Sequence record: NC_104726.1
Source of the DNA: a phage
DNA length: 64,000 nucleotides
Direction: 5' to 3' (one strand)
Below the pieces are notes generated by a model. It made no database searches, was not told the DNA's origin, and saw only the letters and a program-made list of their open reading frames with translations. Position numbers and translations under genes: made by a program. Of the stretch, positions 27,518-37,145 are shown piece after piece; positions within the stretch are counted from its first letter, which is position 1, and the number at the start of each line of letters is the position of its first letter.

Positions 27518-27846
27518 TGAAGATTGACCCGTTACTGAAGGCTCGTGCAGAAAAAGCGTACACCATTAAGCTGACCAACCTGGTTCCTACTTGTCATCCA
27601 GATGTAGGTTGGCCTGAAGGTCTGGTAGAGGGGACTGTAACAGCTGCATACCTCCCTAACATCAAATACCTTATGGAAATCTTGGAGCTGGATGAGGAAA
27701 CGGCAGAAGAGTTACAGTTGGACATGAAACAAAGTGGGACTCTGGTTATTCACGGGTGGTATAATACTAAAGACGCAGAAGACCCTCTTGTAACTTCTAA
27801 TCTGGCATATGAAATCTTAGGACCTTTGAACCTGGGGGAAGACTAA
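27517..27846 (+). CDS. hypothetical acidic protein
   Basis: Track ORF, coupled. Confidence 0.45.
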   Translation: MKIDPLLKARAEKAYTIKLTNLVPTCHPDVGWPEGLVEGTVTAAYLPNIKYLMEILELDEETAEELQLDMKQSGTLVIHGWYNTKDAEDPLVTSNLAYEILGPLNLGED

Positions 27847-28133
27847 TGAAAGATCTGGTTAAGATTAAGATTAAAGATACCAACGGCGAACTCAGCCATT
27901 TTGGAATTAATGATGGTGACGAGCTGATCGCACACCTGCCTACCAAGGAAGTTGTAAGCAAAGCAGTTGCCGGAGAAGAAGATGCAATGCAGGCTGCAGG
28001 TGTGGATGAAAACTATGTAGCCATGTGCATGTGCCGAGACCAGGTTGTTCTGTATAAAGCGTATCGACCAAACGGAGCCACGGAGTGGCTTGTATTCCGA
28101 CCCGAAGGATATGAAATCTTAGAGGCACTATGA
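27846..28133 (+). CDS. hypothetical acidic protein
   Basis: Track ORF, coupled; C-terminal YEILEAL. Confidence 0.45.
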   Translation: MKDLVKIKIKDTNGELSHFGINDGDELIAHLPTKEVVSKAVAGEEDAMQAAGVDENYVAMCMCRDQVVLYKAYRPNGATEWLVFRPEGYEILEAL

Positions 28134-28222
28134 TAAATCTTGCCAAGGTTGCAACGGCACTGTTAATTATTTGCTGGTCAGTAACCTTAACACTGTGTCT
28201 TGTATTTCGGTAAGGTGCTTAT

Positions 28223-28486
28223 ATGAACATCCTGATGTGGGTTGTAGCAGTGGCGTTTGTTGCATGTTTTTGCTGCTGGGTTGCGGTGAGGATTTCTGTA
28301 GCTACCCTTCGGAAGTTGGGGTTCTCAGAGTGGGATATTAATATCCTTTCTTTTCGCAATGAAACAATCTCAGCCGCCCTGCTCTGTAAGAAATTCAAGT
28401 GGGAACCTTGCGAGGTCATGAACTATCTAAGAACGGGAGATATCCCTGAAAGATTTAAAAAAGTTCTTGACGACAAGGATAAATGA
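28223..28486 (+). CDS. small membrane protein
   Basis: N-terminal WVVAVAFVACFCCWVAV. Confidence 0.4.
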   Translation: MNILMWVVAVAFVACFCCWVAVRISVATLRKLGFSEWDINILSFRNETISAALLCKKFKWEPCEVMNYLRTGDIPERFKKVLDDKDK

Positions 28487-28514
28487 TAGTATAGTGACTA
28501 ACAAGAGGTGAGGA

Positions 28515-28655
28515 ATGACTGATTTTACTGAAGCTTTAATGATGGCCTTGTCTGTTTTAGCGCTATCGGTGTGTTTTGGGGCGTTATTCACATCTCTGGT
28601 TAAAGTTTTACATACAGTATTATTACCCAAGGAGCGCAGTAATGACGAAGATTGA
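28515..28655 (+). CDS. small membrane peptide (46 aa)
   Basis: ATG after AGGTGAGG; hydrophobic core; overlaps start of next gene. Confidence 0.3.
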   Translation: MTDFTEALMMALSVLALSVCFGALFTSLVKVLHTVLLPKERSNDED

Positions 28656-28893
28656 CTTAAATGCTGGAGACCATGTTGTTGTCAAATGCATCGGAGATTA
28701 TCTTGGATTCACAATCGGCAATACTTACGAGGCGGTAGTGGCGAAGGTTTACCATGATAAAGTCCTCAGTCTTGTATTTGACTGCGATGATGATGGGGAT
28801 GACCGATACGTCTGTGAGGTGCTGGCACGAGACGATAGTGAAGACCAGAAATTCCTGGTTATTGAACTGAACGGTATTTTTGTAGAACGTTAA
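28642..28893 (+). CDS. hypothetical protein
   Basis: ATG after AAGGAG; in frame with track ORF 28576..28893. Confidence 0.45.
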   Translation: MTKIDLNAGDHVVVKCIGDYLGFTIGNTYEAVVAKVYHDKVLSLVFDCDDDGDDRYVCEVLARDDSEDQKFLVIELNGIFVER

Positions 28894-28921
28894 TTTAAAA
28901 CAACATAAGGAGACTCTCACT

Positions 28922-29227
28922 ATGGCTAAATCTAAAGTTGAACTGTTCACCTCTCTTCCTTCTGACACTGCAGAGCGTGATCGCCTTCGCAAAACAATCG
29001 AAGAACTGGTAGAACTCCAACTTCAGATTAAAGATCTGAAAGATGCCATTAAGGATATCATTCTCGTTGAGAAGCAGGATCACCTGTATTCTCCTAAATT
29101 CATCAAATCTCTGGTGGCTACCGAGTTCGATATTCGCTATGAGGCTGAAAAACGTCGCGCTAAAATCGAAGAAGAGGTTGAGCACATGTCTGAGGCAGAC
29201 ATTCTGTTCAAACGCTCTGTAGAATAA
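28922..29227 (+). CDS. hypothetical coiled-coil protein
   Basis: AAGGAGA RBS; charged helical sequence. Confidence 0.45.
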   Translation: MAKSKVELFTSLPSDTAERDRLRKTIEELVELQLQIKDLKDAIKDIILVEKQDHLYSPKFIKSLVATEFDIRYEAEKRRAKIEEEVEHMSEADILFKRSVE

Positions 29228-29233
29228 TGACAA

Positions 29234-29259
29234 AGAGGGGGGCTTGGGCCCCTCTTTTT
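29234..29259 (+). terminator. rho-independent terminator
   Basis: AGAGGGG...CCCCTCT stem followed by TTTTACT. Confidence 0.5.
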
Positions 29260-29282
29260 ACTATCTATGAAGGAGATTTGAG

Positions 29283-29609
29283 ATGGGTATACCGATTACT
29301 GTAAAAGAGCTAAATGAACGTGATGCAGGTGGTCTATGGCCTGCACGAAAAATCCGCTGCGTCTATATGAAAGAGAATCTTGAACATCTTGATCAACAGA
29401 TAAAGGTCGGCGATATTTTCGAGGTCTTCTATTCCAATCGGCGCAACTGGGAAACCATTCAGCCTTCTGGTTTTGTTCTTGCCAAACTTGACACTGGAGA
29501 AGTGATTATCCCTGGGTTGGATATTGTCTTCGAAATTATCCAAGAGTGGGATCCGGATAAGATTAGATACGAAGAATTATTCGGTAAAGGTATTATCAAA
29601 CCTGTGTGA
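29283..29609 (+). CDS. hypothetical protein
   Basis: GAAGGAGA RBS. Confidence 0.45.
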   Translation: MGIPITVKELNERDAGGLWPARKIRCVYMKENLEHLDQQIKVGDIFEVFYSNRRNWETIQPSGFVLAKLDTGEVIIPGLDIVFEIIQEWDPDKIRYEELFGKGIIKPV

Positions 29610-29617
29610 GGTGGATT

Positions 29618-29920
29618 ATGTCTACAAAGGCGGCTAAATACTCCTATATGCCATCAACCTCTGCAGAGGTAGACTTTAGTTTCGATGTGTTTCCACTGTT
29701 TGAGGTGATTCTGGCATACCCAACAATACTATCTACTCCTGAATCACTTGTACCTGTTAAGTTGCAGAACGCTATGCATTCTATGCACTACAACAATAAT
29801 AAATGTAGGCACAGATGGTGTCAGGACGAGGAAAAAGATTTGGATAGTTTGAGGGATTTTGACAGTCACCTTTTGACACCTTTCAGCTACTCCAACCTTG
29901 ATAAGCCCTCATGGGTATAG
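29618..29920 (+). CDS. hypothetical protein
   Basis: ATG after GTGAGGTGG; in frame with track ORF 29606..29920. Confidence 0.4.
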   Translation: MSTKAAKYSYMPSTSAEVDFSFDVFPLFEVILAYPTILSTPESLVPVKLQNAMHSMHYNNNKCRHRWCQDEEKDLDSLRDFDSHLLTPFSYSNLDKPSWV

Positions 29921-29945
29921 CAAAATATCAAATTTAAGACACCTA

Positions 29946-29971
29946 GGACGCTCTGTGGCGTCCTTTTCTTT
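29946..29971 (+). terminator. rho-independent terminator
   Basis: GGACGC-TCTGTG-GCGTCC followed by TTTTCTTT. Confidence 0.55.
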
Positions 29972-30133
29972 ATCTGGTGCACGATTGCATACCTTGGACA
30001 GATAATCTCGTTACAGAGCGTTTAAGAGCTTTCTACAAACAAGTCTCTCTTTCGAGCGTAGCGAGAACGCACGTCCGTTTTGACCAAAATCACCATACGC
30101 TCGGATTTTAACCAAACCCTCGCGGCGTTTCTG

Positions 30134-30162
30134 TTGACACATTGCCGCTCCAGTGATAGTAT
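30134..30162 (+). promoter_or_regulatory. sigma70-like promoter (TTGACA-17-TAGTAT) overlapping a DnaA-box-like GTATCCACA
   Basis: -35 at 30134-30139, -10 at 30157-30162; TATCCACA at 30160-30167. Confidence 0.55.
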
Positions 30163-30182
30163 CCACACATCGTTTGGAGAAT

Positions 30183-30284
30183 ATGGGATACACAATGAAA
30201 ACATTGTCAGAGGTTTTGGTGGTGATCCTGATGATCATTACGTCCATAGTGGCTGTTGCCGGAATACTCACGGGTGGAACATGA
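30183..30284 (+). CDS. small membrane peptide (33 aa)
   Basis: Hydrophobic VLVVILMIITSIVAVAGIL; stop overlaps the next ATG (ATGA); below the track length cutoff. Confidence 0.3.
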   Translation: MGYTMKTLSEVLVVILMIITSIVAVAGILTGGT

Positions 30285-30493
30285 TCAACACACATGCATC
30301 TGAAGAGACATCCGAAGGAGTGACCATATGTCCCTTGGATGAGCCAGTTAAAGAGGAAAACTTAGATTCTGAGGACTATTCATCTTCGTCCCAGACAGAT
30401 CCTGAGGCTGATGACCTAACGTGGGAAGACATCGTAGACATCTGGTTCTCCATTATGCCTGAGCACGAAGAGTTCAGAGGTGGTAGACTATGA
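30281..30493 (+). CDS. small acidic protein
   Basis: ATG at 30281 in frame with track ORF 30080..30493, whose upstream part overlaps the promoter. Confidence 0.4.
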   Translation: MINTHASEETSEGVTICPLDEPVKEENLDSEDYSSSSQTDPEADDLTWEDIVDIWFSIMPEHEEFRGGRL

Positions 30494-30613
30494 AGCACCG
30501 AGCCCACACAGGTTCCTCATGCTAAAGCATGGCCTGAAGAGGCAAACGTGCATAATTCCTGTGCATTGTGACGTATAAAACCCGTTCACACTCTCATTTC
30601 CAGAGGAGATTTC

Positions 30614-30829
30614 ATGAAGATAGAAATATTTGGTGGAGCTGACAACACTCGTGGCCTGATTTACCTTGAATTCGATGAATCATACCTGCCAGAGGTGTTA
30701 AATATAGGCTCTGTTGCTGAGGCTTTGGGAGTAAACCCTAAAGAACTCCACTCTTGTGCTGAGATCGATGGTTGGGAAGAGACCATGAACATTGATTTCA
30801 GTGAAGTAGAGGATGAACCGCTTGACTGA
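30614..30829 (+). CDS. small acidic protein
   Basis: GAGGAG RBS; last + strand gene before the non-coding region. Confidence 0.4.
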   Translation: MKIEIFGGADNTRGLIYLEFDESYLPEVLNIGSVAEALGVNPKELHSCAEIDGWEETMNIDFSEVEDEPLD

Positions 30830-31670
30830 CACACAATTAGCTGCCCGGCTAAAGTGCTGGAAGCACCTATAACACATCTTTCAACTAAATTTCCTACCAC
30901 CACAATCACTTACCTCCCACACATGACTGTTTGCTTGTTTAGTGAGCAGTCATGCCTTGACATTCTTGCCTATCCTGATAAAATTAAGTTCTTCTCTTTT
31001 CTTTTACCGAGTAATTCGGGTTTTCTGTTCTCTTCGGTTTGAAGGGGTATGGAGATACACCTGAGTGAACAGGGTGAACAACCGAACATTTGGCTATGGC
31101 ATTAGCATGGCGAAGCGGACGGGTGACGAAAGAGGGGCCGGAGGACACCAGTCACTGCCATATGATATATGGGTGATAACCTGAAGAGTCTGAATAAGTG
31201 TTTAAGTACCAGTCAGAGGAAAAGGTGAATGGTAGCCGAAGGGGGAGGGGGGTTTCTTGTATCTTTAATTTGTATATTATGTATACACTCGTAAACCAAT
31301 CTCATCTGAATCTGTTTACCACACAAAGTAGATAGGGACAAATATCACCTATTAAACTTGAATTATTTATAGAAAATACCACAACACCACTTAAGTCTTT
31401 GATTTTACACACAAATCCTACAGATATTCAACCTCTATATTTAACATATTCATAACATATTCCATACTCTACCTGTCTGATCAATTTACCCAACCACATC
31501 CTCCATATTTTCCCTGTCTGTACTACCCCTGCCCCGCCGGGAGTCCCGTCATATCTGGCTTTCCAGCAAATATCACACCCACAAATATCATTACCTGAAG
31601 AGGGTTTCATCCCATAATACCTGCCTTACCTGAAGAGCGCTTCATATACCCCGTAAATTTTTTAATTGAC

Positions 31671-31700
31671 CCCCTCCCCGCCGCCGGAGGGGTCGGCTTT
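31671..31700 (+). terminator. GC-rich hairpin, terminator-like
   Basis: CCCCTCC-CCGCCGCC-GGAGGGG followed by TCGGCTTTT. Confidence 0.3.
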
Positions 31701-32289
31701 TCCCACACAGGCCTGAAGAGTCAGCCAGAAATATCTGAACAGGTCCAGTTATACCACGATTTTGACCTGACCGACAGGAGTGCTGCCAGGCGGACGAAAT
31801 GGGAATCATTCTCATTCTTATAACAATTCTCAAATATCGAGGCAGTGAGGCAAATTAATAGGTGAGGCCGTTCACACAATGGCACAACATTTGCAACCTA
31901 TCTTGTGGGAGTGAATGAGAATACCTATCATTGTGAGAATAGTTATCATTACGGGCAATTTAACATAATACCCATTATGCGCACCACTGGCGATCCATAC
32001 AGGGATTGATAACATGAGTTACCGTTTACGCACATAACAATTATATTTCTTACTATTTGTGTGGGATATAGTTAGCAGCCAATAGATTAGATATTAACCT
32101 GCGGACTTCTGACCGTCCAGACGTCTAAACGCCCACACAACAAGGGTTATACATACACAACTGAATGTAAACAGGGCCGCAAAAATGCTACCATACCAGT
32201 TTGTAAATTTTCATGCAGCACTTGACAAAGAGGAGAAAAACTTGTCTGACACCTTATACACTTTCGACACAATAACGACTGTTATTATT

Positions 32290-32640
32290 TCATGTTTCAC
32301 TGTTCACGTATAGATTGTTCCCGCATAGACTGTTTACGCCTGGATAGTTTACACCTTAACTGTTTACACAGATAGGATAAGCCATGACATTCGTTTGCAT
32401 GAAAACAATTAGCAAGTTAACAATTAACAAGTTAATAATATATGACATAATATAAAAGCAGGGCAACTATTAGCAGATCTATAGTTGCCTTGCTTGTTAT
32501 GTCATGATTAACTGAATACAAGGCAACTATGATCTGATTAATAGATTGCAGACAAACTATCACGGGGGTGATGGTTACTGCTTTTATATTATGTCGCGAC
32601 TCCGTCGCGCCATGCCATTCGTTTGCATAGTTGCCTTATT
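32290..32640. repeat. iteron and nested-palindrome cluster in the non-coding region
   Basis: TGTTTAC-like iterons every 14-16 bp (32294-32368); GGCAACTAT/ATAGTTGCC inverted pairs; 18 bp inverted repeat 32444-32461 vs 32579-32596; direct repeat CCATTCGTTTGCAT at 32388 and 32614. Confidence 0.5.
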
Positions 32641-33242
32641 GTTACGAATAAAACAATTGCATTGTTAATGATTTCTTATCTTTCTCTTAGTCATCTAATG
32701 ATTACAGTCAGTATAGTTATGTACAGTAAACATTAGACGACTAAAGATTTCTCTGTTTATTATAACTTACCATTACAATTTCGGACTGTTTACCAAGAAT
32801 GTTGACACATAAGCTGATTTATGTTATGCAGTTTACACGAATAATTATTTTATGCAGGTATTGACTATTCCGTTATTCTATGGTTGGAATAAATACTTAG
32901 CAGACTATAGAATGGTGAGCGTACGTAAATTCTGAGATCTGGCGGCTATAGTTATACTCGATTTTTCACGTAGAACACGCTTTTGTGGTTGTGTAAGTGT
33001 ATGACTTATAAAGATTTTTAGTTGTTGACAAGACACTGAAGATATGCATCAGGTTAAATTTTGTGCAATAGCTGCATTACGTGCACTTTTGGGAGAGAAA
33101 ACGGGTAAAAATGGGCCTGCTACCACACAATGAAAGATTATGCAATAGTTATTTTCCATGTATATTTGTACAGTATGTGGAATTGATGGCTAGTCAATTA
33201 TTCCACTTGCCAGGTAGGGCCGTTTATGGTAGGAGAAGAGCA

Positions 33243-33270
33243 GACAAAAAGAAAGGGGCCTTTAAGCCCC
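33243..33270 (-). terminator. rho-independent terminator for the leftward gene array
   Basis: On the minus strand GGGGC...GCCCC hairpin followed by TTTCTTTTTGT, just downstream of the stop at 33291. Confidence 0.5.
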
Positions 33271-33290
33271 TTGATAATTCAGTTAAGAAA

Positions 33291-33710
33291 TTATAATGAT
33301 TCGTATATTTCAAAAATCCGATTTGCCAGGTCGTTACGGTAGCGGAATTTTTCCTCACGTTTGATCATCAGATCTTTAAAGCCATATTCTTTAAGCACTT
33401 CATTAACTTTATGGCGGCATACCTTCATATTATCTTGAGCGTCACCAATAAACTTGTTGCTGTGGTGCATTGCTTTAATTTCTTCTTCCAGGACCAGGGC
33501 AACCACCCGGACCGGATCAAGCTGGTAGGCGGTAACATCGATGCGGCATTGTAGACGGCTTTTAACGTCTGCCACCGGATATACTGCAACCTCTTCCCCG
33601 TCAACATTGACAATAACTAGTTTACCATCGATTTCGAATCCTTTCGCCGCCGGACCGTGACAAAAAGCGTTATCAAAGCTATATGCCGGATTATTAGATT
33701 TAATGTTCAT
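33291..33710 (-). CDS. hypothetical protein
   Basis: Track ORF; last gene of the minus-strand array. Confidence 0.4.
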   Translation of the reverse strand: MNIKSNNPAYSFDNAFCHGPAAKGFEIDGKLVIVNVDGEEVAVYPVADVKSRLQCRIDVTAYQLDPVRVVALVLEEEIKAMHHSNKFIGDAQDNMKVCRHKVNEVLKEYGFKDLMIKREEKFRYRNDLANRIFEIYESL

Positions 33711-33854
33711 GGTGTTTTTACCTCTTAGTTAATTTTCTTACAACTTCCCTTCAAAAAGAATATAGCAAAACTGCCGATCCTTGTCAACCAAGGATAGCAT
33801 AATTTTTATGTGATCAAGGGGCTTTATTGCCCCCTGATCGTGCAACTTGTTGTA

Positions 33855-34118
33855 TTATTTGTTGCTCATCCAGTTTTCCCAGGCTGCCTGATAATCTGCC
33901 TCACTGCGGCGGATCTCTTCTTGCTCTTCAAGTCGGATCTCTTCTTCCAGGTACCCCAGTATATCGGCTTTTTTGGTCTGGCGTAACATCCAATCATCTT
34001 TTTTACGGGTAAAGATCTTATATGCTTTCTCGCAAACCTCTTTTTTGCTACCTTTTTGGACTTCAAGAACTTTGTAGGCCATGTACTGAACTAGTTTGAG
34101 CTGATCAAGACGTTTCAT
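33855..34118 (-). CDS. hypothetical charged protein
   Basis: Track ORF, co-oriented. Confidence 0.4.
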   Translation of the reverse strand: MKRLDQLKLVQYMAYKVLEVQKGSKKEVCEKAYKIFTRKKDDWMLRQTKKADILGYLEEEIRLEEQEEIRRSEADYQAAWENWMSNK

Positions 34119-34178
34119 GATGTTTACCTCTTTATGCGGTTCTGATTAGTGGGCCTTTTGGCCCGTGTCATTATCTTA

Positions 34179-34451
34179 TTACTTATGGCGGCAGAATTCA
34201 AGCGTTTTTAATTGATAATCTTCCTCAGCCTGGAGTACGACCGCCTCGATCATTTCGTTGGCATTGTTAAAGCCATAACCTTTAGCGAAATCATCCGCGC
34301 CACCTTCGTGATCATGTTCTGCGTTCATCGCTTCCACAAAATGGAATTCAAGATTATTGAGGTAAGGGCTTGATGTTCCGTCCTCTTTTTCGATGAGATC
34401 CCAAATAGCATTAAAACGTGATTCGACTTCTTGATTAATCCAGCTTGACAT
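34179..34451 (-). CDS. hypothetical acidic protein
   Basis: Track ORF, co-oriented. Confidence 0.4.
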   Translation of the reverse strand: MSSWINQEVESRFNAIWDLIEKEDGTSSPYLNNLEFHFVEAMNAEHDHEGGADDFAKGYGFNNANEMIEAVVLQAEEDYQLKTLEFCRHK

Positions 34452-34661
34452 AATGTTTTCCTCCCTTCTGGTTGTTGTGTGGGCACTTTTGCCCCTTCAA
34501 GATAATGTTACCCCACCCCCTGGCAGATGTCAACGGTTTTTATAGTTCTTATATGATAGGCAGGCCCGGTGATTGTCTCCCCCCGTCGCCAGGTGCCTGC
34601 CGTGTAATAAGTATAACAAAAAACAGGACCATTGCAAGCCCTGTTTTGTAGTTTATAAATA

Positions 34662-34853
34662 TTATATTTTTTCGCCTATGTAGTCCGGTCGGTTTTTCTC
34701 TGTCATGCGCTTAAGCAATTCTTGCATGTTGCTTATGGCTTGTAGTGTATCCTCTTCAAGGGATGAATCAAGATAATCAGGATCATTCTTCACCTTGCAA
34801 TGATTATGATAACGCAGTACCGCCAGTACTTTTTTAACTTCTTCCGCTGTCAT
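34662..34853 (-). CDS. hypothetical small protein
   Basis: Track ORF, co-oriented. Confidence 0.35.
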   Translation of the reverse strand: MTAEEVKKVLAVLRYHNHCKVKNDPDYLDSSLEEDTLQAISNMQELLKRMTEKNRPDYIGEKI

Positions 34854-34998
34854 TATCGCGCCTAAAACAATGAGTTAATATATAACACCAGATCGCTGAC
34901 TACCAGGACAACATTAATCAGCACATACCTAACCATAAAGGGAAAGATCGCCAACATTGCCGCCACGATCCCCATGGTAATAATTATCTTTCTCATGG

Positions 34999-35283
34999 TT
35001 AACGGTTCACGTAAGTTTTCCCGTTCACGGTTATGGGCAGATCCTCCAGGTCTGGATCTTCCTTAAGGTCGCGAGCAAGCTCACCGCACCGGATACCCTC
35101 GAATCCGTAGTACTCTGTTGTGCCGTCCTTAAAAGTTTTAGCGGCAAGGCATAAGCGATAAGTAACCCCGATTTGATTGACGGCATGAATATCCGTTAGA
35201 TTAACCTCTTTTGCCAGCTCTTTAGCCATTACAGGCGCATTAAGTCCAACAACCAGGGTAACCACTGCGATCATCTTTTTCAT
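34999..35283 (-). CDS. secreted or periplasmic small protein (signal peptide)
   Basis: N-terminal MKKMIAVVTLVVGLNAPVMA signal-peptide-like. Confidence 0.45.
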   Translation of the reverse strand: MKKMIAVVTLVVGLNAPVMAKELAKEVNLTDIHAVNQIGVTYRLCLAAKTFKDGTTEYYGFEGIRCGELARDLKEDPDLEDLPITVNGKTYVNR

Positions 35284-35374
35284 TGTGTCTATCCTCTTTC
35301 TGCTACGTTTAAGGCGGCGGTAACCGCCTGTTTATGCTTTGTTGGTTAATTTTCAGGTATCTGTGTAAATTAAA

Positions 35375-35590
35375 CTATGCTGTACGCTCAACTATAACAA
35401 CGGTTTGGGGGATCTCCCCTTCCACCACTAGTAAGGCCTTTTTCTGCGTGATAGATATCTTTACCCGTTGCAGCGTGGCGGTGAAGTCTTTCATTTCGTC
35501 ACGCGGTGTTTTAGTGCAGTACCAGATCTCAGGCTTGCCGATCTGTAAGTTGCGTAAAAATTCCGTTTTGCCTGTTTTGTTAGTGATCAT
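35375..35590 (-). CDS. hypothetical small protein
   Basis: Track ORF, co-oriented. Confidence 0.35.
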   Translation of the reverse strand: MITNKTGKTEFLRNLQIGKPEIWYCTKTPRDEMKDFTATLQRVKISITQKKALLVVEGEIPQTVVIVERTA

Positions 35591-35781
35591 TTGCCAACCT
35601 CACCCGATACCGTTGGAAGACAAGATCATATTAGACATGGTTGCAATCAGGCCAATACCCAGGGCAATAACCAAGATCACTGCATCGATTAATTTCTGTT
35701 TCATGGTGTTTATTCTCTTCTGTTAGTAACCTTATTCATGGGGCCGCTACCACAGCCCCAGGGTAAGGCAGCTATGTGCTT

Positions 35782-36108
35782 TTAGTGTTTCATTCCAACC
35801 ATCGCGGCACGGATCGCCGTAGTGCTGTACTTGAAGCCGTCCGGGGTCTTATCTTGTCCGGTTAGCTCCAGAAAAAGCATCATATCCCGCGCCGCATCAT
35901 TACGATTAGCATTGGCGTTAATAAAGCCTTGGGCCAACCGGTACAATGACTCATCGTTATTAATCCAAAGGCTTACATTCCAATGAGTTTTGTTTTTGTA
36001 ACCGTTATAACCTTTATTGCTTTTCATGATGTTTACCTCTTCTTTGTTCCAGGTGGCGGACCATTCCACCGCCTTATGTATTATGCTTTGTAAGATGGCT
36101 GTTGTCAA
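35782..36108 (-). CDS. hypothetical protein
   Basis: Track ORF; true start may be internal. Confidence 0.35.
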   Translation of the reverse strand: MTTAILQSIIHKAVEWSATWNKEEVNIMKSNKGYNGYKNKTHWNVSLWINNDESLYRLAQGFINANANRNDAARDMMLFLELTGQDKTPDGFKYSTTAIRAAMVGMKH

Positions 36109-36369
36109 ACTATTTTAACGATAATCATCGTACGCTTTATTAACCTGGCGGATATAACATTCAAAAGCCAGATCAATAGATTTATATTCACGGATATACT
36201 CACCATAGGAAACCACATACATTTCTATAGCTTCCTCATATGCGAGGAGAATAGAATCTAAGCCTACGATCTCAGTCTTTGCAATAATAGCCATGATTTT
36301 TATCCTCTTTGTAGTTGGTGGGGTTCGTTGCCCCCTCTGATTTATATATTACAGTCTTATATGGTCATG

Positions 36370-36603
36370 TCAACTATTTTCAAAAAATTTTTCTGCTGTG
36401 ATATTCTTCCCGGTAGGGTTCGCTACTTTCAAAATTTTATCATGCACTGGACGCCCAAAAGAATAAGCGCCGTACACAGTAAACCAATAATCGCCGTCAG
36501 GTTGTACTATTACTGCCGCATATGGTACGCCTTTTTCGTTTTTGCTGACAAAATAGATCACGTTGCCATTAATAGCCTCGGCGCGTTTAATTTGTTCCAT
36601 CAT
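36370..36603 (-). CDS. hypothetical small protein
   Basis: Track ORF, co-oriented. Confidence 0.4.
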   Translation of the reverse strand: MMEQIKRAEAINGNVIYFVSKNEKGVPYAAVIVQPDGDYWFTVYGAYSFGRPVHDKILKVANPTGKNITAEKFFENS

Positions 36604-36658
36604 GATGATTTGCCTCTCTTTATTTTCATAATTGGGGGCCTTTTCGGCCCCGCCAGGT

Positions 36659-36943
36659 TTATTTATTGATAGCGTGCAGCGGGAAAGCTACGCCAGGTTG
36701 ATAAATAACCTTTACAACCTCATCAGGACAAAAGAAGTTGCAGAACTCACCGCAATAGGCCTCATCCTCTTTCAACTCTTCATCAACATACTCAAAAAAG
36801 TAGTCGATGCTTGGATAATCCTGGCCGTGATTATAGTCAACCATCGTTAATAATAACTCTTGATCATTCCGTAGGATGTGCATACCCGCTTTTAAGTATT
36901 TTGCTTCCATTTCTACTACATCGCCAGCGGTAATAATAGCCAT
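36659..36943 (-). CDS. hypothetical acidic protein
   Basis: Track ORF, co-oriented. Confidence 0.4.
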   Translation of the reverse strand: MAIITAGDVVEMEAKYLKAGMHILRNDQELLLTMVDYNHGQDYPSIDYFFEYVDEELKEDEAYCGEFCNFFCPDEVVKVIYQPGVAFPLHAINK

Positions 36944-37145
36944 GATTTTAACTCCTATCTATCTGGTCAACGATTGGGGGCCTCCCCCTCGACAACTCTT
37001 ATTATCCATATTGTCGGGAATGATGCAAGTACTTCTTTAAAAATTTTTTAAGCGCCCCGTATGCCGTTGTAACGCCAAAATAATAAAGGCCATGCAACCG
37101 CATGGCCTTTATGTGATTATATTGCTGCAGGCCCTGCTAGGGGCC

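Noticed and set aside
31428-31833. Track ORFs 31428..31610 and 31642..31833 (minus) in the non-coding region
   Set aside because: No RBS, low-complexity Gly/Arg-rich translations, and they overlap GC hairpins; likely chance ORFs.
30830-33290. tRNA genes in the large non-coding region
   Set aside because: No T-loop (GGTTCGAATCC-like) or D-loop signatures or cloverleaf-compatible stems seen by eye; a tRNAscan run would be needed to exclude them fully.
33081-33296. Track ORF 33081..33296 (+) at the edge of the non-coding region
   Set aside because: Overlaps the minus-strand terminator hairpin, has no RBS and a basic low-complexity translation.
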